Shown: one piece after another, positions 11,992-26,337 of the stretch
How positions within the stretch are numbered: position 1 is the stretch's first letter
How the letters are laid out: every line of letters begins with the position of its first letter
Origin: Adineta vaga
Lineage: Eukaryota > Animalia > Rotifera
NCBI GenBank assembly: GCA_021613535.1
Contig: CP075492.1
Coordinates: forward strand, 2,728,001-2,792,000
Length of the DNA: 64,000 bases
Direction of reading: 5' to 3'
Made by a program: the position numbers and the translations under genes
Notes under the pieces: generated by a model
What the model saw: the letters and a program-made list of their open reading frames with translations, nothing else
Database searches by the model: none
Told to the model about the DNA's origin: nothing

Positions 11992-14454
11992 TTATTTCGA
12001 TGGTAAGTTGGAATATACTGTCATGAAGAAGATCAGTGGTACGAAAAGAGCAAACCAAGATGAGAACGTCGAAGGATGACCACCATTATTCAAAGAATGT
12101 GAGAATGAGCAACTAGATGGGTTTTTATCACATGTATCCATTTCAAGTGCTTCTCCTCCGTGTAAGCTATTATGTTCATACAACTCTAAATATTCTGAAG
12201 ATGATGTAGTTACGGTAGTCTCTGCTGTTAATGAAGTATCGTAAGATTCAATTGTAGTTGTTGTTGTTGTTGTTGTAACATACTGGTTGTTATATTCAAA
12301 AAATGCTGTAGTTGTTGTTATATAGTGGGTGTCAGATGTAACAATTGTCGTTGATGTGAATGTTGATCTCATTGGTGAAATCAAATGTTGATCATCAGCT
12401 GATATTTGAATTGGAACTTCACGTAGAATCATATTGTCATTATTTCCGTTGACTCGTTTTTCTACGGCAATAAATGCTGTGTATGGAGATAGAATATTGT
12501 ATTTGAGAGATAATTCAGTAATCTGCTTCTTTTTCATTTCTTCGTTTTTCATTATTTTTTCTTTTAAATCTGTTTGATCTTGAAAACGTGACTGTAATGA
12601 TCCTGTACTCAATTCTTTCGCATGTTCTAATTCGTGAATAAGTGCTTTAGCAGCAAGACGTGAAATTGTTCCAGTATTTTCCACGATTAAGATTTGATCA
12701 AAATGAGCTTCACCTAGTTGATGATCATTTTCATCTATATAAAATCCTACAGAAAAATTATCATCTAAAGGTAAGGTAATCGTGGTATTTGTAAGACCAT
12801 AGATGTTTAAACGATCTTTAGCATAAACTGGAGGTAGTTGAGCAGGTGCTGTATAGACACTGGTCTCACCTAAATTCCATTTAGCTCGAATACCAGTAAT
12901 ACTTGGCTGTAAAGCTCTGTCTAATTGTTCTTTTACATAGATGTCAACTCTTTCATGAGGTGGAATAAAAACAAATCGACCATTTGTTGCACGAGCAAGA
13001 CCTTTGATCAAAGCGCGACTAGGTGACATTCCCAAACCAAAGGAAAAAATTCGAGTAGATGAAGACATTGTTCGACACAAATCCAATACTTGAGAAACAT
13101 CCATAATCTGACCGTCCGTTAGAAGAAAGATTTGGCGTGAACGTCCTTTATTTGGCGGATGATTTTTCAACCATTGTAATGGCGCGAACTGAAAAGAAGA
13201 GACAACAAGAAATATAGATCAAATGTAAAAATATCGAACTTACTAATTCAGTCCCACCTAAATCAGCTTGCATCTGTTCGACAATTTTTTGTGCTTGTTG
13301 AAGATTTACGTCATTAGCGATAACAGTACTTTCTGGGAATAATGGTGAATAAGTTGAACCAAATCGAATGATATTAAAGTAAGAATATGGTGGAAGATTT
13401 TGAAGGAAAAGTATAACAGCTTTCTTAGTCAAACCAATTTTGTCTTCTGAATACATTGATCCACTACAATCTACCACAAAAATAAATTCATTTGTTTGAT
13501 TATCATTTTCTCCTTGTCGACAATCCTCTTCCGTAGGAAAAAAACTAACCATTACAGCATTAGAATCCACAGTTAAAATAGTATTGGTTTGTCTTTTCAT
13601 AAGTTCAATATTGATTAGAATATCTCGATCTAAATGAGTATTTTCATGAGCAAATGTCACAACATAAATATCACTTCGATGAACATCTATTTCAATTTGA
13701 TGAGATGATGAGCTCACTTTACGGATTAATTCGCCTTTTGAATCACTTATCTTTTTAATATTACAACGAAAATTAATAGTATATGGACTATTCTGTACGT
13801 ATTGAATATTAGGACTTGTAAATGATGATGATCCAGTCTGTTGAGAATTGTATCGAGGTGCAATAGTCGTAGGAATCACAAAACGAATAATAGATCCATT
13901 TATCAAATCTAATTCAGTGACATATGATATAGTAATTGTACATTCAGTCAATGGTGGTAATGCACCAATATTAATAATAAACATGTCTGGAGATTTTTCA
14001 TCTTGTTCTAATAGATAAGCTCCATGATTATTTTTTAATGCATCAATATATTCTTTCTGTGCTACATTTTTCTCTTTCAATTCAGCAAATATTTCTCGAT
14101 CATTAATACGTGCAATAAATGAATAAATTGCTGCTTGTTCTTCGATAGGAAAATAATAAACAGCTTCAAATGGTTTGTTTTCATTGTTATAAAATATTTG
14201 AGTTATAGTTACATCAGCTGCAAATGAATTAATTGTTGCATCAATATCTACTTTCTTCAAAGGAACATAAAGTGATGATGATGATAAATCACTATTAGTA
14301 GTTCGTTTGATCTCAAGTCGCTGACCATTTAGTTGAACAAACAAGGATAAGAATATCCCACCAATGATCAATTTTTGCCTATTTTCAACTATAGATATAG
14401 GGATGTCTAGTAAGTCTCATATATGAACATATAAAAATACTTACAAAATCGCAT
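11992..14454 (-). CDS. VIT-VWA domain protein (VWA5A/ITIH-like) with signal peptide, Thr-rich stalk and C-terminal hydrophobic tail; 3 exons
   Basis: VIT motifs (VPLKKVDI..EAVYYFPI..NIGALPP); VWA MIDAS DCSGSM, DLGGTE, LLTDG, FSFGLG. GT-AG introns 14389-14444 and 13189-13243 join the exons in frame (MRFFENR.., GGTEL|FAPLQWLK). Confidence 0.88.
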
Positions 14455-15328
14455 TGTTCGATCCATTCAATTAGAAATCAGTGTGTTATCTAGGTATCAG
14501 AAAATATTGATTTTATACGTATATTTATATATTATTACGACGCAAATCGATGATAACAATCAAACTCGGAAAATATATTTATTCGACGACAAAAATATTT
14601 TCTCTCGGAAGAAAAAAAAATATTATCAAATCAAATAGGTAATTTATAATGTATAGGTACACCATAGATGTGTTTATAAACGATGAAACGCTTCACAAAA
14701 TTTTTCTCTTTTCTTTTCGATCAATAGAAAACGAAATAATACGAAGTCAGGCTTTTCATTTTCCTACTTTTGAGAAGAAATTAAAAAAAAGAAGAATCAG
14801 TTTAACTCTCACTAAATTGAATAGTATTCTCTAAAATAAATTCTGATAAACATATAAAACATAATGTTCTATAGATTACTAATATGTTCATGTCATATAC
14901 TTACATTTTTTCTCAGCCAAAAACATATTCATCTGCATTTCCTAACAACGTATTGTAGAATAGAGATGTGATTCGAGAGTTTTATTGTATTTTAATCCGT
15001 ACATTGTACCGTAATAAAACTCTCAAGTCATATTTCTACTCAGCAATAAATTTTGTTGCAAAGCATGATAAACGCACAAACAAAGAAAGGGGAAGAAGAC
15101 GTTTGTCAGGGAGTGTACACATTAGCTGTATATGTTTATCTAAGTATGATCTATTGCTGTACCTGAACATTTGGTCAAGAAACCAAAAGCTGAAATTCAA
15201 TCAATATATGCATACAACAGATTAAATTGTGGTATCGAAATATTAGAAGTACTTATAAACTTATTAGCTATTTTTAAAATTAGAAAACTGTGCTAAATAA
15301 ATTCTAACTTGCTATGGATACTAATAAA

Positions 15329-15351
15329 CCACACCCGCACACCCTCAAGAT
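15329..15351. repeat. Telomere-like motif copy (ccacacccgcacaccctcaagat)
   Basis: Reverse complement closely matches the arm at 18043 (atcttgagggtg...). Confidence 0.55.
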
Positions 15352-15481
15352 TAAATCCATCGATAACGATAAGATCAATTTATTTCAAAGTAAATAGTAA
15401 AATAGAATTTTCTTTTTAGTATTTTTGTATCACAGTAATCACAACTTTTTTCCAAGAGAAAAAAAACCTCAAATATAATTG

Positions 15482-17609
15482 TCAAAATACTGATCGTTTT
15501 GTTTGGGATTGTGTGTTTGGAAATTTATACTTTATATTTCCTTCTATAGGTACCGATGACATCGAATTATCAACTAAAATAATAATTTTATCATTCTGTG
15601 AAAAGATAATGTTTTGTTGTTTATCTGGATTTAAAACAATTCCAAAAGATCTTGTTTCATCATGTGAATATTTCATTAATCTATAACCAATTGGTAAACA
15701 ATGATATTTTAATATTTCTTGTACAATTTGATAATAACTAATCGATATTCCTAATGGAACAAAGATCGATGCTAAACACAAATAAATTTCCGGACCACCG
15801 GCTGTTAATAAAATATCATAAACTTTTTTAATATTTCGATTTTCCGATAATTGTGAAAGATATTTTGAAAGTAAATTTGGACTAACAATAAAATCATCGG
15901 CACATATTGTATTAACTAATTGTCGATTACGTATATCAATCATTTCTGTAATAATACTAAATGTTTTCTTTTGATTAGATTTATCAAGAATATTTTGTAA
16001 ATATAATAAACAAATTAAACATTCAGCATCGACTTCTTCAATAATATTATCATCTTCATTAGCTAATATGATAATATAACGATAAGAAAAGAAATTGAAT
16101 TTTTCTAAATCATATTTATTTGTTAAACTTCCAAAATATATAAATATTTTTTGTTCTTTTAATTCATTAGTTAATTCTTTAGTGATAAAATCTATGATTT
16201 TCTTAGAATTTATTAATATATGTAATTCACTACCATGAGCAACATAAGTATCTAATTCTTTTGCAATTAATGCTGCTCTACTATTCCATCCAAGTATAAG
16301 ATTTCGTTCAATTGTTTTCACTGTTCGTTCAAGTATCTGTTGTGATAAGAAATTTGTAGGATGATGTTGACGTAAATGATCAGGTGATAAGATAATTTTA
16401 TCATCATCTTCAGCGATAACAATAATTTGATCATTTATATTAATTATTGTATCTAATTGAGGACATAATTTAACTGTACCATCAGAAAACATTAATCCAA
16501 TAACTGAACATTTCCTATATGAAAATAAAGCATCATAAAATGTTTTTCCAACAAGTTTATTTTCATATTTAAAATAAATTTCATCATTTTCAAATGATAA
16601 TAACGTTGCTAAGATTATAGTTAAACCACTTTGTCGACATGATTGAGCTATAATACGTGCAATTATTTCATCTGTATAGACAAATAATGTTTCATCTCCA
16701 CCTGCAATCATTGCTGCTTCTAAATAAATTCGTTGTTTAATTTCTGCAACAATATGAAAATGAATATTTGTTCTTCTTGGATTATTTCGTATTGCTAATA
16801 CTGTTTTAATAATTTGAATATCAGGATTAGGATTGGTTTCGGATGTTAATATAATTATTGATCGTGATTGATTAAGACTTAATTTATTTAAATCATTGAT
16901 CTAAAATAAAAAGATTCTATTTAATATTTTAAATTCAAAGATATTTCATACCGACATTGGATCACCATTTCGATAAATAATTCTTGTATTTTTTAAATTA
17001 GTTATTTTATTCTTAATCATATATTGAATTTCCGTTCGATCTTTTCGTGTTAATATAACAATTGAAGGATTTCGTTGACTTTCATTTGCAATAATTAATT
17101 CATTAAGAATATCGAAGATTTTTAATGACCATCCTAAAATAACTAAAGACAAAAACAACGTTTTCTTCTTTGTTTAAATATGAATTCAATTAAAGAAATT
17201 AACCTGTATGATTCTTTTCAACAACTGTTGTATGTCCTTTTTTTAATTCATTCAATTTCTCATCCATAAAAGTAACAATTGCACCAATTAATATGGCTAT
17301 AATAACAAGACCACAAAGTATAACAATGCCCGATATAATTCGATGTTTTAAACCTTCATCTTCTGCTGCTGCACATGGATCAAGTACACGTGTAAATGTT
17401 GCCCATAATGCATCTTCATAATGTTCACTTGTTTCAGTATAATAATAAATAATACTAAATAATAATGTGATAAATATTGTAATAATAATTAAGAGTGGAA
17501 TTATAAAAATTAAACCATAAGTAAATAAACTTTCAAATTTATATTTTATATATGAAAATATATATTTCAATAATCCATTATGATTCTTTGGAGAAGGTTT
17601 TATTTGCAT
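15482..17609 (-). CDS. CASTOR/POLLUX/DMI1-like cation channel (TM-pore-TM + two RCK domains); at least 3 exons
   Basis: TM helices around TRVLDP; KGHTTVVEKNHT|VILGWS, ELIIANES, GDPMS|INDL, IIAQSCRQSGL, LSFENDEIY, LILGWN. Introns 17143-17203 and 16901-16951 restore the frame. Confidence 0.85.
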
Positions 17610-18042
17610 TTTTTTCAAAAATAATCTTCAAAAATATGAGAGACGAAAAAGAAACGTCAACTATTTAAGGATATGGACTGAATGAGAAAATAATTAACAC
17701 TTCGACTAGAACTATTCAATTTCAGTTCGATATAAATGAGATCATAGAAAAGAATAAACGTACTTTTATAGTAAATGACAAAAAGATTGATTTCTTTTAT
17801 GTATAAATATCGTTTTTATACCGATACGAAGATTAATGAAGAAAAGAAAAAACGTTCTTTCTTTCTTAGCAATTCTGTTTTTCTACTAAATCATTCATTT
17901 TCAATTGTAAGACTCGAATGATTATTCTTACCATTAAAATGTTATGTATATATATAATAAAAGGAAAAAAGAAAATCAGGATATCTAAATTTTTCTTTTT
18001 TTTGGTGTATTACTTTATACCTGTTGTGGAATAATCTCATTG

Positions 18043-18109
18043 ATCTTGAGGGTGGGTGTGAGTGTGGGTGGGATTGATGTGCAAGTACGCTACCCACACC
18101 CACGAAGAT
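18043..18109. repeat. Short imperfect palindrome with TGAGGG/TGTGGG-like arms
   Basis: atcttgagggtgggtgtgagtgtggg ... cccacacccacgaagat; related copies at 15329, 45119-45163, 47785 and 61803. Confidence 0.55.
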
Positions 18110-18629
18110 TCTTCAGTTCTGCTTTCGTCATCTTGAAGAAGAGAACGAACGAAATTATAGAATAATCAACACAAGGCAAAAAATTAACAATTGTCGATTT
18201 TTTTCTAACGAAAAAGGTGACGATGTAATTGCAAGATAGATCTACAAACATCACCCCTTCACGTATTCATATAACTATCCATTCCACATCCTTCTTCATT
18301 CGGCAATATCACGGTACGTTCATACCCTGCAGCGCATTATTTAAATCGTCATTTTTCGTTGTTTGGATATTCGCTATTACATCATAATTGGTTTTTGAGA
18401 GTAGATTTCGATAAAAATATAATAAAATTGAAAAAAAACTTAGGGTTCACATTTTCTTAATGTTATTCTCAACTTTCTTGTCAGGTTTGTATATTTAATA
18501 AATGATTATATGGCAATCACCTTCAAGAGAAAAGATTTATTTTTGTCTTTGTCATGATTAAAGTATTTTCAATTTAACAACATCAATTAAAAGAGAAAAA
18601 AACACCAACGATTTATTGTTCATTTTCAT

Positions 18630-19665
18630 TTATGTTTGTGGTACCACTTGATTTCGTTTTTCTTTGAAATTTTTGCAATATATTTTAGAGAAGACATGAA
18701 TAAACTGTCGTCGAAATCGATGTGATGCACATATGTATATATAAAATGGACACTAGAATCATATAAATATTTTATTTACATTAAATTTTAGTTTTTTTCT
18801 TTTTATCAATACTCACTGCGTAATATATCCAAAAAATAGTAAAAGTAACAGTAGAACTGAGATCAAGTTGTGCTTTAAGAACTAAATCATTATTAACATT
18901 GGTAGTTAAGGCAATAATAAACGTGATCGTATATGGTGACAAAACAAATGTGTTTATAACTCCTTGTACTAGAACTATTAATGTTAATTGCTTATCCAAT
19001 TCACGTCGAATAAGTGGTACAATATAATAACGCATTTTTTGAATATTTCGGTAAGCCATTACACCAAATGTGATTGTTATGAAAATAGGTGAAAATCCGA
19101 TCAGAACAGGTGAATTAAAATAAGTACGAACCTGTATATAAATTGTGTTTGTCATAGTACAAATGACTTGGCCGGTTGTTGGTGAGACAACATGATTCAA
19201 AAAAATCAAATAAGGAACTCCGTATAAAAACCAAATAATACTTAAGATAAATATTAAACGTCGAGCAAGTTTCATATTACATAATTGTTGTAAACGTGGA
19301 TGAGAACATGTTGCACAATATTGATCGATCACTGCAAGACAAAAACAATTCAAAGAAAATATTGTACAAATAGCAGTACAAGATAATCGAAATTTACAAT
19401 AAAACAATGATATTTCACTACCATCCGATCCAATCATTACGCTTAATATACGTGATAAGGCGGTAGTGAATAATTGACCAATATTTAAAATAGACATAAT
19501 TAATAAATAAAATGCACATGAACTTTGTCGAAATGTTTGAAGACTAAGAAATACAGTTATATTGAATATATTACCCAATAAACCTGCGATAAAAACGAAT
19601 AAACCAACGTAGATAAGTACTTGTTTTTCAGCAAATTGTAAAGATGAAATATAGGATGACGACAT
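18630..19665 (-). CDS. Orphan class A (rhodopsin-like) GPCR; 2 exons
   Basis: 7 hydrophobic segments, GLLGNIFN, CK(F)R, CLAVIDQY. Intron 18753-18816 adds CPFYIYICASHRFRRQF (TM7/helix 8). Confidence 0.88.
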
Positions 19666-21055
19666 TGTGATTCTATCTTGCAGTTTTTTTTCTTCTTCTT
19701 TCTAAAAAATGAATCGAAGCAATTTTCTTTTAAGTAAAAGAAATTGTTTGTTTTTGATATATTAATACGTTTCTGCTCCAGAAAGAAACATGATATAGAA
19801 TTTGAAATCGCGTTTACGCTTTAAGGCACATATTTAATTATGCATCTAATAATACAACAGGATATTGATATATTCAAACGAGAGTATTTTGCAGTTAATT
19901 TAATCAGTATCGAAGCAACCTGGAAAATGTTTCGAATCACGAAATCTTATTGAAATGCTTTTTCTATCAAATATCTATCAGAGATTAACATCTGTATTAG
20001 TATTATAAGTTTCTCACATGTACATTCATGCTATTGCAAGTGAGAATGAGCATTAATTCGAAAGTACTCAATATTTGTCTGAAAACTTCACAACATGTCC
20101 TACAGTATATTCCAGGGATTGATGAATATAATTGTGTACGTTATTCTAATATAGAAAAAAGCGTCAACTCCAGAATTATAAAATTGTCTACTTCGAGCTC
20201 TGTATCTGTCAGTGTTATATATTTGTTGTTGTGTCAAGAACAGTATATACTCCATGGCCACTTATTATGCATGAAATTAATTGCAGTTTGAAGTAAAATT
20301 GCTATTGGTTTAGATTCCGCATGGAATACGTTCATAGGGTACGCAATACTCTTTTTAATAATAACTTCTATCAATGAGAAATTAATTCTAAAGATATTAT
20401 TAGCAAAAGAAAACTAGTTCCACTAGTAATTTCAGCAGAAAAGTTTTTTGTTTTGAATAATAACATACGAGAACAAGTTCTTCTATCATAAATTGATACG
20501 CATGTAAATGATAGGCGTTCTACTTTTTAGTTTTCTCTTCGGAATTCGTCATCTAAATTATTTCAGAATGATTTCAATATTTTATTTTAAAATAACTTTT
20601 TCTATAAACGACTGGTCGTTTCCATGTGTCACAACGTTTTTGCACTGGTCTGATTGTCTTACACAGAAGTGAGAACGATTCAGGAGTAAAATACTCACCC
20701 CGGCGGAATATTCATTGGACCATCGTGTCGTATCGATAGATGAAGCTTGGACCCGAAGTCTAAGACTTTTAGGTCCGAACTGATGTGGAGACAGAGTTAA
20801 AACGGGAACTGTTAGAAAATCGATGGATTTAGAATACTATATAGTGCGTAAGTTGCTCTATCTTAGCTATGCATGATGGGATATGTTGTGGTAATAGATG
20901 AATGATATAGAGAATACTGTAACGTTCATTATAAAAATGGTATGTTACACATCTTGTTATTATTATATAATCAAAATAAAACAAACCAAAACACATAACA
21001 TTGTTTTTAAGAGAAAAGTTAGAAATTTTCAATACTATAGATGGATGTAAGCTAT

Positions 21056-23883
21056 TCAAGATAGCTTAAACACTTTTCCATTGGAGTTATGAGATGAGCA
21101 TGATGGTAAATTGGAACGTTTCATTCGAATAACACTAACTCCAGCACTTATTGAACTTCTTTCAACTGTAGAAGATACAAATTGATTTGCTTTACTAATA
21201 CTTGTTAAACTTGCTCGTTTTGATTTAGCGATATCAATATGACGAATACTCACAATTGATGATCTTGGTGTTGGTTTTGTCATTGAATTATTCACTGGAT
21301 CATTGGTAGAAGTCTCATTAGTTTTTTCATGTTCATCTTGAATTATTTCATTTACATTGATTAATGATGGTCTATGGACATGACTGATACGAACTGTATT
21401 GACTGTACTTGGTTTTTGTAACGGTTGATCAGGATCATACATAGGTGAACTTTTACGATCTAATATTTTACTCGATGAACTATGTGTATCAGATATAATA
21501 CTCATATTTGATCTTCTATCTTCGATAGATGTTGATAATGGTCTTGATGAAATAAAACTTACAGATGAGTTTTTATAACGTAATGGATGCCAAACTATTG
21601 ATCGATGGTGCTCGGTTTCTTCTGTTTTACGATGACGCCGACGCTGATTACCTAGACCACCACTAAGATACGAGAAATTCAAATTATGAATTAAATAATA
21701 GAATGAAAAAATAACGTACTATAGATACCACCAACAGCAACAACAACATAAACTTAATAAAGCTAAGAAGCCTAATATTGATAATGCTATTATCAATGGT
21801 TCATATTCTTTAAGTTTGTTCTTTGCTATAAAATAACATCTATTATTTTCTTTTGTTTTATTATTTATTTCATTGATTCGACTTACACGTCATCGAAATG
21901 CGTATTGTTGTTGTAGTAACTGTGCTTCTACAATAAAACTAATATGATAAACTATAGAAAATGTGTGTAATGTCATACGTTGTAACACTTGTAGTACTTG
22001 TACTTGTTGTTCTAGTAGAGACAGTTGTGGTACTAGTTGAGGTCGATGTACTCGAAGTACTCGTTGAACTGGTAGTCTTTGTTGTACTAGTACTGCTCAT
22101 TGTAGTTATACTCGTAGTACTCGTTGAACTGCTTGTCGTAGTTTTTGTTGTTGAACTAAGAGAAAATCAGTTTTATTTAAAGTTGATGTTACAATAGAAG
22201 AAAGAGAAAGATATTGTTCAGTACCTAGTTGATGTTGTAACAGTCGTGATAGTGGTAACTGATGTTGTTGTTGTTGTTCTATAAATAAAAACATCGATAA
22301 AAATAATTCTTTTATTTTCAAACACATTGATAAATAAAAATAATTGTTTACTTACGTTGATGTTGTTGTTTCACCAGGACCTAAATAATATCATTTAGAT
22401 TATATGTAAATGACAAAAAAAATCAATTTGTTTTATTCTTACACAATAGTACAGTTCCATTAGAAACAACAGTAAATGTAGTACAATATTGATCTGATTG
22501 AATATTTGCACTATAATAGAGTTATAACGAAGATAATCGAAATATGTTATTATAAAAACATTTTCAATGAATACCTATCAGTAGCCAGCGCACAATAGGC
22601 TTGTGAACCCAATTGTAAACTATCGGGTGTCCATGTTTCTACCATTGTCCATACATTTGTTGTACCAACTCGTGTTATATTACCTTTATACATATACAAT
22701 GGTGGCATAGTAAAAACATCTTTTATAGTAGTTCCTGAACATCCTGATGTAATTGTTAAAGTAAAATTGAATTGAACACCAACTTGTATGGGTGTACATT
22801 TTGGTAGTGTTGAAGTAATTATCGGTTTTAATGGACAAACGGGTGTACTGACAATTTCAACTAGAAATTGAATTGGAACTTTACTAAAAGATGTATTTGT
22901 TGTTGCATCGTAAAAATCTTCAACCATTAAAGCAATTGCATAAAAATCTCCAACAGTTTTACCTGTACTATTAAATGTTACCGTACATGTACTTTCGTCT
23001 AATTTACTTCCAGGTGCCATTTGACAAACATCTCCACATTCATTAAATGTTGTCGTATTTTTTGCCCAACGACATCTTTACAAATTAAATGAAAATAAAT
23101 CTTATCACAACTATCTCGATGAAGAAAAAAAAACGATTTACAATAAATAATCATTGTCAGCATCGATGATTGGAATTTGAATATCAGTAAGAGTATTAAT
23201 TGGTACTTGCATTGCTAAGAAAATATGAAGAGAAAAATCTATTTACTATTCAAAAATAAATAATTTGATTATTAATATATACGTGAAATAATGGTTGCGA
23301 CTGGTGGTGTATTAATAAAACCTTCTGGTCGAATCGTTAAATCTACACAACATCCAATTGACCAATCGGCAGAATCACTAAAACAACCTGTTTGTGTTAA
23401 TGTTGTTGCTCGTTTTTTTCTACCATATGACTGAGAAGTGCAATCAGTTGATAAAACTTTCATCCAATATTTGCTTTGAAACGCGACACAAAACTTTGAT
23501 CCAACAGTAATCGTTCGTAATGTTGAAATTTGTCCCGAACTAGAATCTACGACTGTACTAAAATCTGTACAATACTCATCAACAGGTATATTTGTATAAC
23601 CACCGCAAGAACCCGAAACACATAAAAGATTATCTCCAGAAACAGGTATTTTGGGTGATCGATTTAAAATCGTAGTTTTATCACAATAAGTACTACCACC
23701 ACCACTAGAAGGCGTCCAAGTTCGTTTCCATTGATACGATTGTGTAAACATTATAGCAACTGTTGAGCCTGTAACATTTTTCGTCATTGGTTTCCATGTT
23801 ACTGTTCCGCCATAAAAATGTTTCAGTTCAATCAATGAAATGTTCCAAATACATATTAGAATAAAAATCAAATGAATTCGCAT
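21056..23883 (-). CDS. Single-pass cell-surface protein: signal peptide, HFYGGTVTW-type Cys-rich ectodomain, Thr/Ser mucin stalk, TM, Ser-rich tail; multi-exon
   Basis: ORF pieces at 23272-23883, 22550-23020 and 21056-21682; Thr-rich small exons at 21900-22380; TM exon at ~21720-21830; short GT-AG introns between them. Confidence 0.75.
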
Positions 23884-24985
23884 TGTTTCTATGAATCCGA
23901 GAGCAAACTATCAAATGAATGTATAAATGATATGATCTTTTTATTATATTATTCCGACTTAAAATTATTCTATGAATTCTGTCAATATAATAATACAGAT
24001 TTAATACAAGATCGAAATAAAACTAATCGAATATTTTCATATGTCTTCAATATACAATATGATCCAACTTCGTGAGAATAAAATAAATATTTAATACTAA
24101 CTTCACTGTATATATATGTTACATGAATTTTGTTTTTCTTTTCGAGGACAGAAAAGAAACCTTTTAAAAGTATATATTAGAGAAAAAAGACAATAGCGGA
24201 CTTATTTAACTTTATAATTTAATGAAATTCATTCTATTTTTATTTCTTTAATAGTAATATCTATCCAAAAATAGAAACCTTTAATATATATGTATATACG
24301 AATGTTTGTATTCGAAGAAGCATTTCAAATAATATTCAATTATATGAAATAGATGTACAATATGACTTAGATTGCTTCTTTACATCATAATTACTATATA
24401 CTAGATATCCGTTGTTGTTTTTTATTCTCTCGAATATATTTAAACGAAAGAGTGATCTGCACCTACGTCTTTGAAGATCGACTATGTTTATGTAAAGGCA
24501 TTCCAATCAAAAACTGTTGAAGTTCATACGATTATACATAGTGAATAATAAATCTCGAATATTTTCCCATCTATCAATGTTTACAAGTACATACGTATTT
24601 GAAATGAGATTCCCATATTTTCTCTTCTTTCAAATTTGATATTACTTGGTGTTTTTTTACTCATTTTTTAACAGAAAGACGCATAATCAGTTTTAATTAA
24701 AATATACTTGTGACAATCTACAGGAAACATAAGTGTGCCTCAAAAAGTGCAAACTCGGACAGAGGGATTATCAATATAGTCAAATGAGATGAAATTTATA
24801 TGTGTTAATTAAAAGTTAATTTCCATTGACATCTAGGTCAACATTTTATGCAGTATATTCTTTCTTCAGGCACATGAATTAATATTAAAAGCTAATTCTC
24901 GATTGAAATGAGGTAGATTCTCATTTGTCTTAATAAAGAAAAAGTATGCTCGTTTTTACTATTTATTAAGTCACAGAAGTCAACT

Positions 24986-25939
24986 ATGTCGGATGGTGCG
25001 GAAATTCTTCGTCTTCAAACTATTTCGAAAATTTTCGATGGCTATGTAATGCTTATTCTTGTTGGTATAGGAACAGTGGGGAATTTATTGAATATTTTTG
25101 TCTTCATACGTCTGAAAATGCTTCGTCAAATGCCAACTCCTGTTTTCATGATCACTTCAAACATTGGTAGTTTAATACTATTTTGGTCCTCTCGTTTTCC
25201 TCGTTGCATTCTTAATATCACCGGTATTGATCTTCTTGTAGGTTCAATATTCTATTGCAAAGTTCGATGGTTGTTAGGACGTTGGAGTCTTAACATGCCA
25301 TTTACATGTATCTGTTTAGCAAGTATCGATCGGTTTTTTAATACTTCACGCAATGTACGCTATCATCATTTCTTTACTCTAAAACGAGCTTACAGTATAG
25401 TGATCATATTTAGTCTTGTCTATCTAATCATCTTTATTCCAGATGCTATTTACTATTCGGGATATTCGTGCACAGCTTCAGCCAAGGATCGTGCTACTTA
25501 CAAAGACTTTGTCGCTTATTTTAATTTGATTGCCACCAATATTTTATCAATGATCATTCTCGGTATTTTTAGTTTACTTACATGGTACAATCTTTGTTAT
25601 GGGACAAGTGTTGGACGTAATCGTCTTCAACAGCAAGTTAATCGAATGATGATGGTTGAATTTGCAATGGCATTCGTTACTACATTACCTAATTTTATCT
25701 ACAATATTTATGCACAAGCTACTCAATCGACAGTAAAATCTCAATTAAGATTAACACAAGAAAGTCTGTGGTCAACTGTGAGTGCTACTATCAATTTTAC
25801 AATACACGCGGGAACATTCTACATGTATATGGTTGTGTCTCCAGCATATAGACGGAATGTACGAAGAGCTATGTGGGTACAGAAACAAAATCATGTTATA
25901 CCCCAAAAAGTACAATTACAAAATCTTCGTTTTTTTTAA
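24986..25939 (+). CDS. Orphan class A GPCR, intronless
   Basis: 7 TM segments, GTVGNLLN, CKVR, CLASIDRF, FYMYMVVSPAYR. Confidence 0.9.
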   Translation: MSDGAEILRLQTISKIFDGYVMLILVGIGTVGNLLNIFVFIRLKMLRQMPTPVFMITSNIGSLILFWSSRFPRCILNITGIDLLVGSIFYCKVRWLLGRWSLNMPFTCICLASIDRFFNTSRNVRYHHFFTLKRAYSIVIIFSLVYLIIFIPDAIYYSGYSCTASAKDRATYKDFVAYFNLIATNILSMIILGIFSLLTWYNLCYGTSVGRNRLQQQVNRMMMVEFAMAFVTTLPNFIYNIYAQATQSTVKSQLRLTQESLWSTVSATINFTIHAGTFYMYMVVSPAYRRNVRRAMWVQKQNHVIPQKVQLQNLRFF

Positions 25940-26337
25940 ACGTCGAAGACGCATTAAAAACAATCGGACGTTGCTATACCGATAAACGCGTCTCACTTTA
26001 TTTTGTAAATTGTTTAAGATGCTCGATGAATCTCCGTCTTGACAAGAATGTGTTTGATTCCTCGATGTTTTACCGTGGAGCCAGACACAATACACAAATT
26101 ACCTGTAGACTCTACCACTTCACATAGCATAGAGCTACTTGTGACGATTTCTGAGGGAAGAGATGTATATCCTCATGAAATCATGTCGTTCTTTATTTCT
26201 TCCAAAACATTAATCGCATCTTTTACATACAAAAGCACAAGCTTATATATGTGCAACCAAAAGAAAGAGAAAGAGAACAGCCAAAGAAAATGGATAGAAC
26301 GATATCATCACAGATATATCTAGCTTTAGAAAGTAAT

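Noticed and set aside
15329-18070. Inverted motifs as TIRs of a transposon carrying the CASTOR-like gene
   Set aside because: No TSD seen, and the motif occurs elsewhere as self-contained palindromes; kept only as a dispersed repeat.
21961-22197. Val/Leu-rich plus-strand ORF as a membrane protein
   Set aside because: It is the antisense shadow of the Thr/Ser-rich exon on the minus strand.
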